A stretch of DNA of 10,723 nt, taken from the IMG/VR virus record IMGVR_UViG_2541047736_000008; one strand, written 5' to 3'. The notes under the pieces are model-generated. The model was not told the DNA's origin and searched no databases. It saw only the letters and a program-made list of their open reading frames with translations. A program made the translations under genes and the position numbers. Below, in pieces: positions 9,094-10,723 of the stretch; positions within the stretch are counted from its first letter, which is position 1, and every line of letters begins with the position of its first letter. The stretch comes from a virus. Its lineage: Duplodnaviria; Heunggongvirae; Uroviricota; Caudoviricetes.

Positions 9094-9677
9094 TGGCATT
9101 CAGAATGAGTGAACAACCACGGACCATAAAAATTTATAATCTGCTGGCCGGAACTAATGAATTTATTGGTGAAGGTGACGCATATATTCCGCCTCATACA
9201 GGTCTGCCAGCAAACAGTACCGATATTGCACCGCCAGATATTCCGGCTGGCTTTGTGGCTGTTTTCAACAGTGATGAGGCATCGTGGCATCTCGTTGAAG
9301 ATCATCGGGGAAAAACCGTCTATGACGTGGCTTCCGGCGACGCGTTATTTATTTCTGAACTTGGCTCGTTACCGGAAAATGTCACCTGGTTATCGCCGGA
9401 AGGAGAATATCAGAAGTGGAACGGCACAGCCTGGGTGAAGGATACGGAAGCAGAAAAACTGTTCCGGATCCGGGAGGCGGAAGAAACAAAAAACAGCCTG
9501 ATGCAGGTAGCCAGTGAGCATATAGCGCCACTTCAGGATGCTGTAGATCTGGAGATCGCAACGGAGGAAGAAACCTCATTGCTGGAAGCCTGGAAAAAAT
9601 ATCGGGTGTTGCTGAACCGTGTTGATACATCAACTGCACCTGATATTGAGTGGCCTACGAACCCTGTCAGGGAGTAA
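9093..9677 (+). CDS. tfa: Tail fiber assembly protein Tfa (chaperone for Stf)
   Basis: 194-aa [82 protein letters not shown]..., near-identical to lambda Tfa as I recall it. Its start overlaps the stf stop (TAATG at 9091..9095), consistent with translational coupling. Confidence 0.92.
   Translation: MAFRMSEQPRTIKIYNLLAGTNEFIGEGDAYIPPHTGLPANSTDIAPPDIPAGFVAVFNSDEASWHLVEDHRGKTVYDVASGDALFISELGSLPENVTWLSPEGEYQKWNGTAWVKDTEAEKLFRIREAEETKNSLMQVASEHIAPLQDAVDLEIATEEETSLLEAWKKYRVLLNRVDTSTAPDIEWPTNPVRE
9512..9677 (+). repeat. Direct repeat copy A (tfa 3' end), paired with 10561..10723
   Basis: About 165 bp with roughly 90 percent identity, by eye, to 10561..10723 in the same orientation. An example shared core is CACTTCAGGATGCTGTAGATCTGGAGATCGCAACGGAGGAAGAAA. 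The copies diverge in their last 25 nt or so. Confidence 0.8.
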
Positions 9678-9691
9678 TCATTGGGGTTATG

Positions 9692-9724
9692 CCGCAGCAC
9701 GTCTTAAGCAAAAACGTGCTGCGG
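9692..9724. terminator. Inverted-repeat hairpin between convergent tfa (+) and the methyltransferase-like gene (-); candidate bidirectional terminator
   Basis: Perfect 10-bp stem CCGCAGCACG (9692..9701) with CGTGCTGCGG (9715..9724) and a 13-nt loop. It lies 15 nt after the tfa stop and 8 nt after the antisense gene stop (TAG, complement of 9732..9734). A T-run at 9735..9740 lies 10 nt beyond the stem, so the U-tract is not canonical on either strand. Confidence 0.35.
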
Positions 9725-9731
9725 TTGGATG

Positions 9732-10388
9732 CTATTTTTTCCCTGAAGCGGAAAACATTACTACAGTACCTTGAACCTTGGTTTTAACATTCTCGAAATG
9801 CTCTGAGAGTATATGTGTTAAGCCTTCTTCGGAATCTTTTGTGTTTGAAAAGATGCCTTTCTGATTGTAAATGCGCATCAGTTTTTGACCGAAGCTATTG
9901 TGCACAACTCCATCGCCAAGAATTGTGGCTCCGTATAGAGTTCCATCGTCAGTTAAGGCCTGCGCCGCATTGCGTATTACACAGCTTTTTGTAGATATAT
10001 TTCCAGGCAGGCAGTGAAGAAGGTAAAACATGGAAATGGAATCAAATTGACCATGTAACGCCGCGGGATAAGGTTCAAAAACATCATGGCTAATTTTATG
10101 TTTAATTTTTGATTCCCCAGCCCTTGTAGATGCCGCGTTCAGGCTAGCTTCGTTCAAATCCATTAAAGATATCAGACTACTCTCAGGTACGTGAGTAAGG
10201 TAAAACCCAGTTCCAACACCAATATCCAGATGGTTGTTACCTAAATGTTCCAGAAAGTGTGGAAGAAGGTGTTCCTTTGTAGGACATCCCCATGCAAGCC
10301 GATTTGATACTCCCAAAACCCACCAGTCATAAAGCTTTAGGGTAAGTGGTGTGTAAATTTTAGCCCCATCATCTGTGTTTTTTTTCAT
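9732..10388 (-). CDS. Class I (Rossmann-fold) SAM-dependent methyltransferase-like protein; accessory cargo gene, substrate unknown
   Basis: Antisense ORF of 222 aa in the track (9732..10400). I prefer the second in-frame ATG at 10388 (MKKNTDD..., 218 aa) because GGTGA lies 5 nt upstream. It carries a SAM-binding motif I (HLDIGVGTGFY), an acidic residue at the end of the next strand (LISLMDLNE), and motif II/III-like segments (FDSISMFYLLHCLP, LTDDGTLYGATILGDG). There is no DPPY/NPPY motif, so it is not an obvious DNA N6-adenine methyltransferase. The DNA is markedly AT-richer than the tail genes. From memory, its placement between tfa copies resembles the tfaD-ybcY-tfaX arrangement of the E. 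coli K-12 DLP12 prophage; that is unverified. Confidence 0.7.
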   Translation of the reverse strand: MKKNTDDGAKIYTPLTLKLYDWWVLGVSNRLAWGCPTKEHLLPHFLEHLGNNHLDIGVGTGFYLTHVPESSLISLMDLNEASLNAASTRAGESKIKHKISHDVFEPYPAALHGQFDSISMFYLLHCLPGNISTKSCVIRNAAQALTDDGTLYGATILGDGVVHNSFGQKLMRIYNQKGIFSNTKDSEEGLTHILSEHFENVKTKVQGTVVMFSASGKK

Positions 10389-10400
10389 TGATTTCACCAT

Positions 10401-10448
10401 GTTATAGTTTTGTTTGTGAATTAAATCAATTATGGCGATGAATTACAA
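10401..10448 (-). promoter_or_regulatory. Candidate sigma70 promoter(s) for the antisense methyltransferase-like gene
   Basis: On the minus strand: TTGTAA (10448..10443), 17-nt spacer, TTTAAT (10425..10420). An overlapping alternative is TTGATT (10429..10424), 17-nt spacer, TATAAC (10406..10401). The region is AT-rich and intergenic. Neither is validated; the second would put the transcription start at or beyond the first ATG. Confidence 0.3.
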
Positions 10449-10456
10449 GGGGTTAA

Positions 10457-10723
10457 ATGCTGCCGCAGCATAGCGATATTGAAATAGCCTGGTATGCTTC
10501 GATACAGCAGGAGCCGAATGGCTGGAAGACCGTCACCACACAGTTCTACATCCAGGAATTCAGTGAGCATATTGTGCCACTTCAGGATGCTGTAGATCTG
10601 GAGATCGCAACGGAGGAAGAAAACTCGTTGCTGGAAGCCTGGAAGAAGTATCGGGTGTTGCTGAACCGTGTTAATACAACAACTGCACCTGATATTGAGT
10701 GGCCGACTTCACCTGCAGAGTAA
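10457..10723 (+). CDS. Short tail-fiber-assembly-family ORF (Tfa C-terminal domain only); possibly a remnant of a second tfa gene
   Basis: 88-aa ORF whose last 53 aa or so ([49 protein letters not shown]...) are about 90 percent identical to the Tfa C-terminus. The N-terminal 35 aa ([35 protein letters not shown]) are unrelated. AAGGGG lies 4 nt upstream of the ATG and an in-frame TAA sits immediately before it. The stop codon is the last three bases of the window. Confidence 0.5.
   Translation: MLPQHSDIEIAWYASIQQEPNGWKTVTTQFYIQEFSEHIVPLQDAVDLEIATEEENSLLEAWKKYRVLLNRVNTTTAPDIEWPTSPAE
10561..10723 (+). repeat. Direct repeat copy B (tfa 3' end), paired with 9512..9677
   Basis: Same-orientation copy of the tfa 3' end with roughly 90 percent identity over about 140 nt, then divergence at the extreme 3' end (TACGAACCCTGTCAGGGAGTAA versus GACTTCACCTGCAGAGTAA). 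Confidence 0.8.

Noticed and set aside
9157-9639. Alternative-frame and antisense ORFs inside tfa (9157..9438 +, 9382..9639 -)
   Set aside because: They overlap the well-supported, lambda-like tfa reading frame and lack independent evidence.
9732-10400. Restriction-modification or orphan DNA methyltransferase
   Set aside because: The protein has a generic SAM-binding Rossmann motif but no DPPY/NPPY (N6-adenine, N4-cytosine) or PC/ENV (C5-cytosine) motifs and no target-recognition domain. At about 218 aa it is too small for a typical DNA methyltransferase, and there is no adjacent endonuclease gene.
9093-10723. Invertible tail-fiber segment of the Gin/Cin/Pin type
   Set aside because: The two tfa-homologous segments are in direct orientation, not inverted, and no serine invertase gene is present in the window. 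The arrangement looks like a cargo insertion or recombination scar, not a DNA inversion switch.

Overview
This window is the distal end of the late (tail) operon of a lambda-like siphovirus or prophage from an enterobacterial host, with all structural genes on the + strand in lambda order: L (3' end only), K, I, J, lom, stf, tfa. Gene order, spacing and large stretches of protein sequence match phage lambda as I recall it, but it is a mosaic relative, not lambda itself. The J C-terminal third and the middle of Stf are divergent and lower in GC, and Stf is intact and much longer (about 1133 aa) than lambda's. Downstream of tfa is the only clearly accessory part: an AT-rich, antisense gene for a small Rossmann-fold SAM-dependent methyltransferase-like protein, bracketed by two roughly 165-bp direct repeats of the tfa 3' end. 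The second repeat sits inside a short 88-aa tfa-like ORF that ends at the window edge. lom is a classic terminator-flanked moron. I see no rRNA, tRNA, CRISPR array, integrase or transposase. I do not find a convincing new multi-gene system; the methyltransferase cargo module and the fiber mosaics are the parts worth follow-up. All comparisons to lambda are from memory and need alignment to confirm.
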